A DNA stretch of 64,000 nucleotides, the filler included, from Choristocarpus tenellus KU-1152 (taxonomy: Eukaryota; Protista; Phaeophyceae), in assembly GCA_964200185.2 (NCBI GenBank). It is 10 parts of 10 records of this genome, joined end to end, with 100 filler letters (N's around TTAATTAATTAA, not from the genome) between each part and the next. Parts side by side here need not be neighbours in the genome. Positions count along the whole stretch, not along the records: positions 51,610 to 61,378 come from CAXNAD020003408.1; positions 61,479 to 64,000 come from CAXNAD020027103.1; 8 more parts are not named here. One strand, written 5' to 3'. Shown piece after piece: positions 51,938 to 64,000 of the stretch. The position numbers were made by a program, and so were the translations under genes. Within the stretch, counting starts at the first letter, position 1; every line of letters starts with the position of its first letter. The notes beneath the pieces were generated by a model, which saw only the letters and a list, made by a program, of their open reading frames with translations, did no database searches and was not told where the DNA came from.

Positions 51938-54910
51938 CTCTCCACGTGGAAGGTGAAGGGGAGCATGGTGGAGGGCCACTGCGTCTCTGTACAAGCACTG
52001 CACACCAGGTGCCCACAGTTTCGGCAGTGGTGTTTCCTCTTCAGGAGCAACCCGAAGCTCGACTGGCACAGCGCACACCTTTTTTAGAAAAAAAAAAGAA
52101 AATGTAGAAAAGAGAGACAACATAAGAGCACGAAATTGAGAGCATGAATGCGTACACACACTCTGGATGACGTTTTGGGGGGTATACCTTGTATAAGTGC
52201 ACGGTCCAACGATAGATACCAAATATAGTGGAGCTGCAGAGTGTCTTCTCACGAAGTGGTGGATCTCGCATGAGTTGGTGGGGTTCTACACTGATACGCA
52301 GATCGACCAGCAGTCGATTCAAGAATTGATTGCGCCAGGCTTTGCAGCATAGACACAAAAAGTGGACTCAAACTGATCTACAGAGACTCTTCTACAAAAT
52401 TCTACCCGAACATGTTTCTCCTTGTGTTTTGAGAAGCATAAGAATCCTCTTCTTTCCGGGGGAGATATTCCACTCCACTTGGGGTAAATTTGAAATTGGG
52501 AAAATGTTGATGAAATTATCGGCTTTCAGATACAACTATGGTTGATTGCTTCTGAAGACCACGTACAACGCTCTCAACGGATCATAGGACTTCAAGGACC
52601 ATTTATTTATTTATCACCCCAAAAAGCGTACCGTTCCATGCATGTGGTGATAAATAAATAAATAAATAAATACGTGGCAGTACAAAAAAAACACAAATAT
52701 ATTGGCGCTTAAATTAAAGGCTCTTGAACGAAAAAAAAAAAGGATCTTGACAAGAGGTGAAAACTGATAGAACAGACCTCAGCTACATTCCAACAAGATA
52801 TCATGATCCATAGGAGAGATACAGCCTTTAGGTATTTCAACTCAAAAATCAAGGGTCAAAGTATCTGGGGGTGTGTGTGCCAGCTGTCCTTTTGAGGCCA
52901 ATTTTTCATGCTGCGATTTTTGCATGATTTAGTTCCATAGGTTGGATGGATAATGAAAGTGCACTTTTCCTGGTTTTGACCTAAATGGGCACTCTGGTGT
53001 AGACCCCCCCCCACCCCCCCCAGATACTTTGGGTCTAAAGTGTTGATATAGAAGGGTTAATGACTCGTATAGGGACCTTTCTTGGACCTTTGCGATCAAT
53101 CATGATATTGCGCACCATTCCTAATGATCCAACTCGTTATTTGTTCAAGAGCTATGTCCTGCAATTTTTTTGGGGGGAGAAAACACTTTTTCCACCATTA
53201 CCGTATGAAAAAAACAGAACAGTGTTATACACATTCATGACCTGGGCAACAGAAGTCCAATGGAAAAGGCTACAGATGGAGCTTTGTTTTCTTGGTGGGG
53301 GGGGGAAGAACTGGGGTTGATGAGAGGGTCTCTATTTCTGCCTCTCCACCTTGAGGTCTTCTCCACCTCCTCCCAAATTGGAGGGGAGAACGCTTCTCCG
53401 GCCATCTGCCCCTCGTGTTCCGTGCTGAAAACACCAATCTCAGTTGCCACAGAACTCACAGATTGAACCCCACCAGACTTGATTGAAGCAGAAAGTGACA
53501 AGATGAACATGTGTTGAGGGGGGGGTTGCGAAAAGAAACGTCTCGTTAGGCTCTTGTGGTTGTATACACCATGACCACGCTACCACATATTTCACACATA
53601 TCTCTTCTTTATTACTGCTACAAGGAGGTTCCAGCCAGTAGGAGATGCGTTTCCACAACGACCAGCCAGGAGAAAAACATACAGGGGCAACAGTTTACCT
53701 GCTTGGTGTTTTTGGAGACGGTTACCACGAAGTTTCCGTCAGATGCTTGTCGCACCGTCCATGGCTTGCGCTCCCGCCAAGGCTTCCCATTATTTCCCCT
53801 ACCAAAATCGCCCGGAGAAGATTTGCTTCCTGCGAATGATCCTCCAAAAAGTGATCGCCCTAGCTTCTGCCATGCCCACGAACCCTGCGATGCTGGCCTG
53901 CCCGAATTTTGCTGGAGGGGGGTGTCAGCCTGGGACTGGGGCTGCACCTGAGCCTGAGCCTCCCCGGTGGAAGCGGTCGGAGGAGAAAAACTCGCCACTG
54001 GGCCCATTCCACCGACTCTCCTCCCCATTGTAGCTGAGTTGGAACTGGACGCTCCTCCTGACGTCCCTACAGAAGAGGAAACCGCAGTTCCAACTGCTGG
54101 AGTTACATCTAATCGAGGCGTGGCCAACGACCCTTGTTCCCTTTCCCCTCCTCTTGAAGAAGTTCCGGAGCTAGGAACTCTGGATGTTGATGACGATGAT
54201 GTTGGAGTGATGTGACTTGGCCGGCGTCCTTGCAGAGGCTAGTGAGACGAGGGAACATCATCACCGTCGAGGTAAGGCAGTATGAAAATACGAACATGGC
54301 AAAGCACTTGCTAGGTATGAACGAGGATATGTTGCTTCAACGGTCCATTTAAGGCTCATTCAGTATGCCAGTCAGTGCAGTACCGGTCAGATGCACCAAG
54401 AAGGAAGAGTCAAAGAGGCATTTGGCACACCACCATTCTTACTTGCAAAGGTTGGGTGTCAGCTCGATCATTTCTCAGTGGTGGTTCAGATGTCCCTGAT
54501 GTCCGAACACCAGACACTGGGGGTAGGTGTAGGGTCGGATAGTTTGAAGTAGTTGAGGAAGCAGGACCAGAGCGTCCGTTATCAGAAACCGTTGCCGAGA
54601 CGTTGGGAACGTACAGGGAACTGTAATCTCGACTTGCTGTTGGTGCAGAAGGTGTGAGTGTGGTCCACCGCACAGACGATGCAGGCACGGAAGTTGCTCC
54701 CACAACATGGTCACTGGAGGTATTATCTCGTGAACGCTGTTCGAGATGCACCCTTGGCGGGAGGGGTGGTGGTGCCCTCTCGGCATTGAAAGGGTTGGTG
54801 TTTGTGGTGTGGGCGGTGGGGGAGGGTTCTGTTCGGCGCCTGTAGTTAACCCGAGCTGAAGCGGGCGTCTGTGTCAGGGTTGAAGGGGTTGGACGCTGTA
54901 GCGTGGCCAT
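51938..54910 (-). CDS. FYVE-type zinc-finger protein with long Ser/Thr/Pro-rich N-terminus, 3' truncated; exons 54443-54910, 53699-54238, 53350-53477, 51938-52078
   Basis: GT-AG introns, phases 0,0,2. Spliced product reads ...PPIWEEVEKTSRCALCQSSFGLLLKRKHHCRNCGHLVCSAC..., with the FYVE R(R/K)HHCRxCG signature. Confidence 0.88.
52853..53035. mobile_element. MITE family B in a FYVE-gene intron
   Basis: Complete; flanks TCAA/TAAA. Confidence 0.88.
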
Positions 54911-55215
54911 GACAGGAGAATGCCAATGTGAGTTGAGCCTTCGCCCTCTCCAGCAAGATGAAAAGGTTAGGGTGGATAAATTTCCCGATCACTTGAACCT
55001 GTTCTAAGCAGGTTCTATATTCTATCAAAATTTAGCTAAATCCTAGAGAGTCGGAGAGAGTAATTATGTTCTTGTAAGATTCAACAGGAGGTGAAACGGC
55101 AAAAAGCAAATCATCCACAATCTTCCCATCCCTTTCCCTTAACCTTAAGTATCAAACCCTAACCTTACCTCCTAACACCTACTCCCACCATTGTTGTACT
55201 GATATTGTACCTCAG

Positions 55216-58200
55216 ATGACACATGAGATGCGTCCAACAGCGTTCAACTCGGCAAATATCTTCCCCGGACCCAAATTACCTCTGAGCAATACTTGCAGAC
55301 TTCAAGGAGCACGGGGACGATGTTGGCATTACCTGCGTGCATGGGGGAGTGAGCCTTTGCCAGACCCTGCTCGACAACAGAGGATAGATGAAATGCTGCA
55401 GATCATTGCCGCTGATCTGGAGAGCCTAGATGGTCGGGAAAGGGGTTGGAAAAGGGAGAAGAAAAGTACGATCTCCACGGCTATGAAGCGAGAACAGCGA
55501 ATTCTTGTTCAAGAAATCAAGGTATTGGGTGTTTCACTCTTGTCTCTACTGCCTTCCGTTACTCCAGCCCTACCCCACAATTGCATGCCCCCCTTCCCTT
55601 TCACCCATATCCTATGATATCTATCTCACAGTACATGTGCGAATTCCAGTAGAGTGGTCGTTTATTGCTCGTACCGCTGCAAGTTCCGACCCTCCTACGT
55701 CTTTTTTAGTAGTGACAGCCTTGCCTCCACTTCTGCTTGATGGGTTGGTTTTGGTTAGTTGTTCGTCTGTAACAGCATGAACCTGGTCTTCTATTGAACA
55801 CCTTGGTATCTGGGCCTTCTTCCTGGTTGACTGACTACCTTATACGACCACCAACAAACTGACGGTTTACCCCATTGAAGAATCCCATTTGCTGTTAACA
55901 AGCGTTTTGCACCGTTCGCCTTCTCAGGCTTTGGGACGACGGCACTGCTGGCAAGAGGTTCTGTCGATCGTGGAGACTGCAAAAAACCAGGGCACAATCC
56001 TCAACAATATTGTGTTCAGGTCTGTTAGTGGTGCGGTATGTTCTTATCTGAACTCCGGTGATAGCTCAGAGGCTGAACCCGTTGTCCTTTTCAACCCCAG
56101 TAGCCACCTATCGTCTCTGATTCCAAGGCAACACGCCCTGAACCCAGGCATATATGCAGTGCTTTATTATCGCATAGGTTATTCTTCGTTTAGTGGTGGT
56201 AGTTCTCGGAACTGTGTACTGGAATTGGGCAACGAAGTTGAGCAATAGTTGCATCTTGTGGTGCACAACCCAATCCATTCTACCCTCACCGCCATCTTCA
56301 GTGGTGACCAAACTTCACTCCTCTACAACATTCCCTAACCTCCTTGTCTCTCCAAAAATCCTCCTTGCAATGTTACTGGCTGCACTACAAATGCCCTGGC
56401 TGTTGTAATCATTTTTTATTGTGTCGTACAACATAAGCTGTGCCATCAGCGCTGTTGGTAGAAGTGGGCGGTGGGTGGAGGCCCTGGATCTTCTGGAAGA
56501 CATGAGGATGGAGGGGATTGAGGTGAACAACCCATGGAGAGTGAATCTTGGTATATTTCATAGATACCAAGTAGAAAGATCTTATTCGACGAGTACAAGA
56601 TAGAGATTTTTTTTACTTTTTTTTCTCAATAGATATGTAGTATCAAATGTGCTTTCTGATGCGTGGTGCTATCTGTCCATTCCTATCTTAGAGTGTTTCT
56701 GTTTTACGGTAGTATAGGTAGTGGTTCCTTGCATGGTGTTTGTCTCTGTCTTTGATGAGTCAATTGCGTGTCCTTGTTGTGCTTCCTTCTTACTTCTCTG
56801 TAACAGTAGTGATGTTGCTTGGTGAGATTCTGTTTGTGTTTTAAGCCAACAATACTTGCTAGGTAGCGAAACGTTTCATGTCATGCATCGAATATTAGAT
56901 TCATATTAGATTATTTTTGAAGTGCATGCACTATTGCTCACGCACCTTCTTTCACTGGTAAATGCACTTGCTCCTGGAGACTACGTGAACTGTGGGAAGG
57001 AAGTCTATCTGATTATGTCTGTGCTCTAAATTAGGGATTATTTGTCGTTGTGGAGCAGGGCTTTGCCTACGGGTGGGTCAAATAAGAGTTGGACCCTCCT
57101 TGACTTTGTCGTGACCTTTTATTTTCAAGAAGCAGTTTTACACAGCTTAAAAGACCTGATTTGGGTCAAAGGTAGAGGGAGGGCACTGTGACAAGATGGC
57201 AAGGTTGAGGCACTTATGCTCATTTCGACTTCAGCCTGCATGAACAGGGTAAAGCACTCTGAACTGTATACAAGTGAATATAGAAGACTATCCTACCAGG
57301 GGAGGGATCAAAGAGCTACCACCTTGCAGCAGCATTGTTTACTGCATGATGTTTGTGGACTCTTTAGATGGGACGTGAACAGATGGCAGGCTCACCTCTT
57401 TCGCTGAAGATGGTTTTCCCACTGCTGAAAAAGAGGATTATACTCTTGTGGCAGGGCACAAGACGTTAAGAGTCCAAAGTTTTGTTGCAAGTGGTAAGAC
57501 TGCTTGCAAGAAACTTATCAGGTTTTACGTTGTGTTTAGTCCTTACTACCTGTCCCGAGGCATCCTGGTGCAATTGTGCCCCTGCGCTAGGAGGTTAAAT
57601 AAACCTGAGGTAATTTTTTTTTAATTGATGTCCGGTGCCGGTTGAATGTAGCAGTGTTAGGGATTGGAGAGGTGTGCAGTGTTGTCCCGTGTGGTGGAGA
57701 ACCATTGCAATGTGGAAGGAACGTTTTATAAACAGGAAACAGTACTTGGCGTTGACTGCCGCTGGATTTCGAAGAGGAAGAAGTCTCTTTCCTGGAAGGC
57801 TGGCCATGCTGTTGGGAGTGCACGTTAGTCTTGAGTGATGAGGGCAGGGCCTGCGAGTTGATTTGATGGTAGGGGGGAGGACGTCTCACGCAAAATAGGC
57901 CTTGCTGTGGAGAGAATATTTCTTGTTCTTCACCCGGTTTTACTCCCTGAGGAAGGGAGGACGACACACAGGGCAAACCTTGGGGAGGCATTCTTGCTTT
58001 TTTTGTTTTGTTTGAGAGCTTGTGCGAGAATGCAACCATTCACACTCAGTTGTGGCGTGAGGTGCGTGTTATTTTTGTTTTCTTAAGGTTAACAATGTTG
58101 ATGATCTCTGGGGGAGCCCTCGAGACTTTTTTTTGTCCATGATGGGCCTCATGTAATCACCAAACGAGCACCTGCAGTCTCCGAACTACCCCCTCGCCAC

Positions 58201-59463
58201 CTCGCCAAAACACCCCCTGCTGCCCTTCCTTACCTTCCAGCCAGATGCATACACCTACAACGCAGCTATCACAGCCTGCAGCAATGCCCTTCAGTGGGAG
58301 CGAGCTCTTTTGCTTCTAGACGAAATGAGGACCGGCGACAGCAACCCCCAGCCTGACATTGTTAGCTACAATGCTGCAATAACCGCCTGCGCAAGGGGGG
58401 GAAATGCCGAGATGGCGTTGACACTGCTGCGAGAGATGGAGTCAGGAGATGGACGTGGTGGCGTTGGCACTGGCACTGGCTCTCTTGTTACTGTGAAGCC
58501 TGATGAGGTTCGTCTAGAAAAAAATAAAAAAAAGAATTTTGGTGTTGATGTGGGAGAGCGACTGATTTTTAGTTGTATGCAACCATTTTTATTTTATTTT
58601 TATTCTTATTTTTTATTTTATTTTTTAGTCTTGCCTTCGTGGCCCCCCAACAAACTCCCTTGACTCGTTTTGCGTGTTGAGAAAGTAAAGAGACTACGAT
58701 TCTACTCTCTACGACGATCGAGGCTGAAGGTTGCTGGAGGTGGCCGTGGGTGGCCTAGGAAAGTTCTAGGAAAGTTCTAGGAAAGGAGGATGATAAGGGA
58801 GGTGCGCTCGATGGACAGTGCATCGACATCGGCAAAGTTGGTTGTGAGCAGAGCGCGAGGCTTACCGCTTGTGTCCCTGGTAACACTGTGCCGTGCGATA
58901 TCTCAAGAGCTAAACCAACAAAATATTGTTGGTTGCCGGTTCATACCCTGGCTGGGTCGCTTTTGTCACTCTCTCTCTCTCTCTCTTCACATCGTTTGGA
59001 GGATGGGAATGGACCTGGGGTGGGGGGTGTGTCTAAGAAATGAGGTCTATAGGAAAAAAAAAAGAAAAGAGTATGTTGTGATGTCTGCTTGGAAAGTAGT
59101 TGGGGGACCAGTGAGGTGATGATACCCCCCACAGGTCAAAGGCACGCGCATGCGGGGAGCCAACTAGCCCTAACCCTAATCCAACATAAACGGCTGTGTG
59201 GTGATATTAGCACACTCCCCAGAACTAGCAAACTGGTGCAAGGCAGTAGTACACACTGGTATTAGACTCTGGCGTTGCGTTGTTGCAAAGGTCATTGACG
59301 TTGTACTGAAAATAATGTACGAGCTGTTGGAAGTACAGTAAGATTTGAGGCGCAGGCTAAGAACCTCCGGAGGACCGTTATGCCTAGAAAATGCAGTCAA
59401 CCTCGTTGCCCTCGATGTACAGAGATGTGGACTGAAAGGGCCGTTCTTATCGGAAAAAAATAA

Positions 59464-59497
<34 letters not shown>

Positions 59498-59740
59498 TCC
59501 ACCCAAATGGTGACGTGAAATTCTCTGTTTTTTTGCACCAATGGAACGACACGATTTGAACATCATGTTGCGGAATGTCGATGAGGACGACACCAGATTG
59601 TATCCCAATAAAACACAGCCCCTAAATCGTCCTCTTTTTTTTTTGCCACTTCACTCCCCCTTTTTTTGAGGCTCGGACCGCTTCCTTCCCAACCAATATC
59701 GTCTCCCTGGCAAAGTTGAGAGTTTCCCCCCCCCCCCCCC

Positions 59741-59782
<42 letters not shown>

Positions 59783-60646
59783 TTGCCTCCCCTCCCTTCC
59801 CCTCCCCTCCCCTCCCCTCCCCTCCTCTCTTCTGTTCATATATCTCGACCTGGTTCTGGCTGGAGAGCTGCTCAGATCAGCTTCAATGCGGCAATTGATG
59901 CCTGCGCCAAAGGGGGAAGGTGGGAGCAGGCACTCGATCTCCTCGAGGAGATGGTGAAGCACCGACTGTTCCCCTCACTTGTCAGTTACAATTCTGCCAT
60001 GGACGCCTGCGCCAAGGAAGGAAGGCATGATGGTGATCTCGAAATATATTGTTTTCTGTTGCTGTTGTTATTACACTTGCAAACAGTGTTTTGTCCTACG
60101 AACAGCGTATGGGTTTTTTTCACTTCATTTTTTTATTTTTTGTTGTTGTTGATGATGTTGTGGGAAAGTAGTGGGGTGGGGTCTCCTTCACTCTCTACCA
60201 AATTGTGTCATAGCCGTCCCAAACATCAAGAAACGTTTGTATATTATATATTATATATTATATATACGCATCTGGGAATTTTCCTGTTTTTCTGATATTT
60301 TTTTAGGTCCGCTTCTATCATTTTCCTACGAAGCACTAGAAAATGAGAAATTTTGGAAGAAAAAAATAAATAAATAAATGAATGATGTCAATTTTTTTTC
60401 TTACGAGGAATGGGCATTGTTTGTTTTTGCCTTGATTGGATGAAAAATAAAAATGCATGAGAAAAAATTTAGTTGGAAAGGTGAGGGAGGGGAGAAGAAG
60501 AGAGGACACCGCAGGAAATTTATTCTGCAACACCAGACACCCACCCTGAAAAGGAGAAGGATTGGCAAGAGCGTGATCAGAAGGGATAGTTCATTTGATT
60601 GTAGTTAAATGTGCAAGTTAAGATGCGGAAGAATTATCTTATCAAA

Positions 60647-60714
<68 letters not shown>

Positions 60715-61090
60715 TTTTGTTCGTAATCTTATTATCACTCATTGATTTTTTTTGTTAAAAAAACAAAACAAAACAAATCTGTCTGGGTTCTCAAGGTGGT
60801 CGGAGGCGTTGGAGCTCTTGGAAACGATGATAAAGAGGAAAGGTCTCGCTGCGCCCTTGCCAGATGCGGTGTCCTTCAACACCTGCATAAACGCCTGCGG
60901 AAAGGGGAGGAAACCTGAACTTGCAAGGGGTCTCCTTTCTAGGATGAGGGCGTGTGGGGTGAAGCCAGATGTTGTAACGTACAACGCATTGCTCTCTGTA
61001 GAGGGCATCAGAGATGAAGATGGGGAGGGCTGGCAAAGGGCATTGGCGCTGCTAGAGGAGATGAAGAGGGATGGTCTTCCCCTGAACCGG
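55216..61090 (+). CDS. P-class pentatricopeptide repeat protein, 3' truncated by contig end; exons 55216-55521, 55928-56019, 56438-56522, 58241-58507, 59876-60024, 60796-61090
   Basis: Repeated ~35-aa motifs (PDAYTYNAAITACSNALQWERALLLLDEM, PDIVSYNAAITACARGGNAEMALTLLREM, ISFNAAIDACAKGGRWEQALDLLEEM, PDAVSFNTCINACGKG). All junctions are phase-compatible. The start is uncertain because ATG 55216 directly follows an acceptor-like CAG. Confidence 0.9.
60648..60713. repeat. (AT)n(GT)n compound microsatellite in a PPR intron
   Basis: Direct reading. Confidence 0.95.
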
Positions 61091-61894
61091 GTGCGGAGTA
61101 GCGTCGAACTACTTTTGAATTTTGATGTAAATTTTTTTCCTTTTGCGGGTCTAGTGTGGGGGTGTTTCAAAATATGTAAGGCGTTGTTTTGAGGGGTGGG
61201 TGGGCGGGCGGGCGACGAGAGAGAGAGAGGTAGGGCCTTAGCTCCTTTTTTGTTGTTGTAATGTGTATGAGAAGGGAATTGTAACCTCGATCTGGTGTGT
61301 CGTTCTTCTGTGGGTTTGTAATAGTGATGCGTGTGTTGCGATTACTTGGGGGAGGGGGGGGGGGGTGGTTGTGTAAGANNNNNNNNNNNNNNNNNNNNNN
61401 NNNNNNNNNNNNNNNNNNNNNNTTAATTAATTAANNNNNNNNNNNNNNNNNNNNNNNNNNNNNNNNNNNNNNNNNNNNTTTGGGGGGAGGAATGGGGGGG
61501 GCCATGGGGGGGATTGTGACCAACGGAAGGGGGGGGGGGGGGGGGGGGGGGGCAGGAGGGGGCCACTTCAATTCATACCCTCTGCGTTGGAGCCTATTAT
61601 GCTGGTTTGGTTGTGTGGAGTCTGTACGGGGGTTCCTTTTGTTGTAGGAGTGACTTCATCCCTGCATTGTCTTGTAACATGATCATGTGAACATGTGTAA
61701 CCATGACTCACAACTATCTTCATTACTATCTGCGTGAGTTTGTATGATTGATGATTGGATGGAGGGGAAGGGGGGGGGGGGGGGGGGGGGTGGGGGTGGG
61801 GTTAAATAAAAGAACTTTTGGTTTGTGGTTTTTCCTGGGTATTTTAGAAAATGTGNNNNNNNNNGTTTTTTTTTTGTGGGGGGTGGTTTGTGTT

Positions 61895-61936
<42 letters not shown>

Positions 61937-64000
61937 GAGTTGGGTTGGGTTCACATAAAAGCACTTTCGGTTTGTGGTACTTCCTAGGTAATTCAGATAA
62001 TGTGGTATTAATAGTAGTAGTAAATACAATTACGTATACATGGTATTTTGTATTGATGGGGAGCAATAGCACACTGGGGGTTAGCTTACTCAGATGTAGT
62101 GATATGAATCGATTTTGTGCCTCATACTACATTTCGTGGTCGTATTTTCTTGTATTCAAGAACCCAAAATAAAAAAAAGAGAGGTATGGTGACTATGAGG
62201 GGGAAAGAGGCCTAGGATTGGACGAGGAGACAGTTGCATTTTTCTCTTTAAGATTTGTTGCTGTTTGTTGGCTGTTCCGGGTTTTGTTCGAATCTGAGCT
62301 TTTTTGGTTGGTAAGGCTAAGGAAAGTATGCTTTTATCTGGGTTTTTTGGTGATCCCTGCTACATACGGCAGTTGTAATAAGCTGCTTGGTGACTGTGCA
62401 TGCTGAGTTTTTCTTGTGGAGAGAGTTGAGAGGGGTATTGTGTGCTGGTGCATGTGGTGCCCATAAGTGCTTGTGCATGGGGGAAGATGATCTGTGTGTT
62501 CTATACAGAGTGAAAAAACATAGCTTTTCTTGTCATTCCGACTAATTTAGTCTATCTGCTTTATGCGCACATTCCTATGGCTGCTGCAGCTGTTTTTTTT
62601 GTGAAATGACTTGTGATTTCAGTCTCAGTTTGTTGGCATGTTTGGCAAAGACATCCAGGCGAATGCTGTCATTCGAAGCATATTATATATACAGTAATAT
62701 GTATCATACTGCATAATACTTACTGCATGACATCGGTGACAAGTTCAATGTAGAAATTGAATTGCCGTTTTGTACTGTGATATGCTTGAGTAATTGCTCA
62801 TTGGAACCATGAAAGTCGACAGTTTTGCATGGAGTTTCATTGATAGATGGAAGGCAAATGTCACACATTGTAAATGTGCCTTCTTGATCCTGTGATGTTG
62901 AAGGTGAGTCCCACCCAGACCGACAAGTGAGATAGGTGGAGTGAATCATCATGTTGCCTATTGCACAGCGTGTACTTGACTGATCGATTGATAGCATATA
63001 TTAGTTCGATACATGATGCACTGTGTATGTATGTACTTCAGGGTATATGTGTCGTGATATGTGGTGTAGAGGCAAAGTGAAAGAATGAGAGGTGCCCATT
63101 TTTTTGGCCGTTTTGCATTTTAAGGGAGTTTTTCAAACTTTTGCAGTTCATCCAAAGAAATATGGATGAAGAACTAAGTTTGACTTGAGAGGGTTGATTT
63201 TCTATACTGTTCGAAAAATTTAGACACAACAACTTGGAACTTACCTTGCGTGCATTTGTACATATTTACTGTCCTCTCGTTTATATTGACTCGTATTTTG
63301 CACAATGTGTTGGTGACCTCAACATTGTCTTTGCTTCCCCAATGTTACATCAATGTCCCCCTTACTTTCCTGGCCTCGTAGCTATCTTAAACAACTGCAT
63401 GCGTAGCGAGTTGCCACCTGACTTGACTTGCATCCAAACATGTGATCCCCAACATCAAGATAAATGATGACCATATCATTGATGCATCTCCCAAAGTAGA
63501 TCTTTTCTATGTGTCCAATGTGTAATTTGTGATGCACGCGTATACCAGTGTGAGCAACTTTGTGTCGGTTCAGCGTAATAATAATAAATAATCAGTGCTG
63601 ACCATGAAGTAGGGAGTGGTTGGCATCGTTAGAGTGTACCATTTGCAGCAACAGTGTGTGTGATTGCGTAGTTTAGATCCTTATGAAAACAGAGTTCATT
63701 CACTTTTCTTGTTTTTGTTTGGTTCAGAAAATAGTACTACTCGTATTAGTACTACTAGTATTAGTACTGCTGTTGGTCGAAAATCATAGGAGTCTAAAAA
63801 GGTACTTCGTTCTAGTGTCCATTTTTACTCTACCAAACGAAGTTCTTCCTGTTGCTTCAAAGTTACCATTATTTCATACTCCAAACACACCCAGTATTAT
63901 AAAAATAACAGCTATAAAAAGTAACAGCCAATCACCAAAATTGAGGATGGAGCTTTTTACGGAGGATGAGTTTGACCCGAAATGGTGCGCGGAAAGTGCC

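Noticed and set aside
61760-62010. Apparent tandem duplication between poly-G tracts
   Set aside because: The first copy is a G/T-biased degraded version beside an N gap, typical of sequencing error after poly-G.

Overview
Eukaryotic, intron-rich, transposon-littered DNA. It is most likely a stramenopile alga of the brown-algal lineage (inference from the H4 '[12 protein letters not shown]' signature, P-class PPR repeats, HYDIN, interstitial TTAGGG and long introns). The window is not contiguous: ten contigs are joined by nine identical 100-nt N44-TTAATTAATTAA-N44 linkers. Hand-spliced, phase-consistent host genes: 8 internal HYDIN exons (+), a FYVE-finger gene (-) head-to-head with a PPR gene (+), a probable WD40-like gene (+) and the 3' half of histone H4 (-) with a histone stem-loop. 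The rest is about 27 copies or fragments of related non-autonomous TIR elements sharing an AAAGTATCT terminal core (Sola2-like), a cluster of Copia-type LTRs, and Gypsy, Copia, LINE, mariner and probable KDZ relics. Best leads: the MITE system with mixed 3/4-bp target duplications, CpG decay implying 5mC, frequent GC donors and AAG acceptors, a candidate recursive splice site in HYDIN, and a telomere-repeat/LTR junction. I see no convincing novel multi-gene system.
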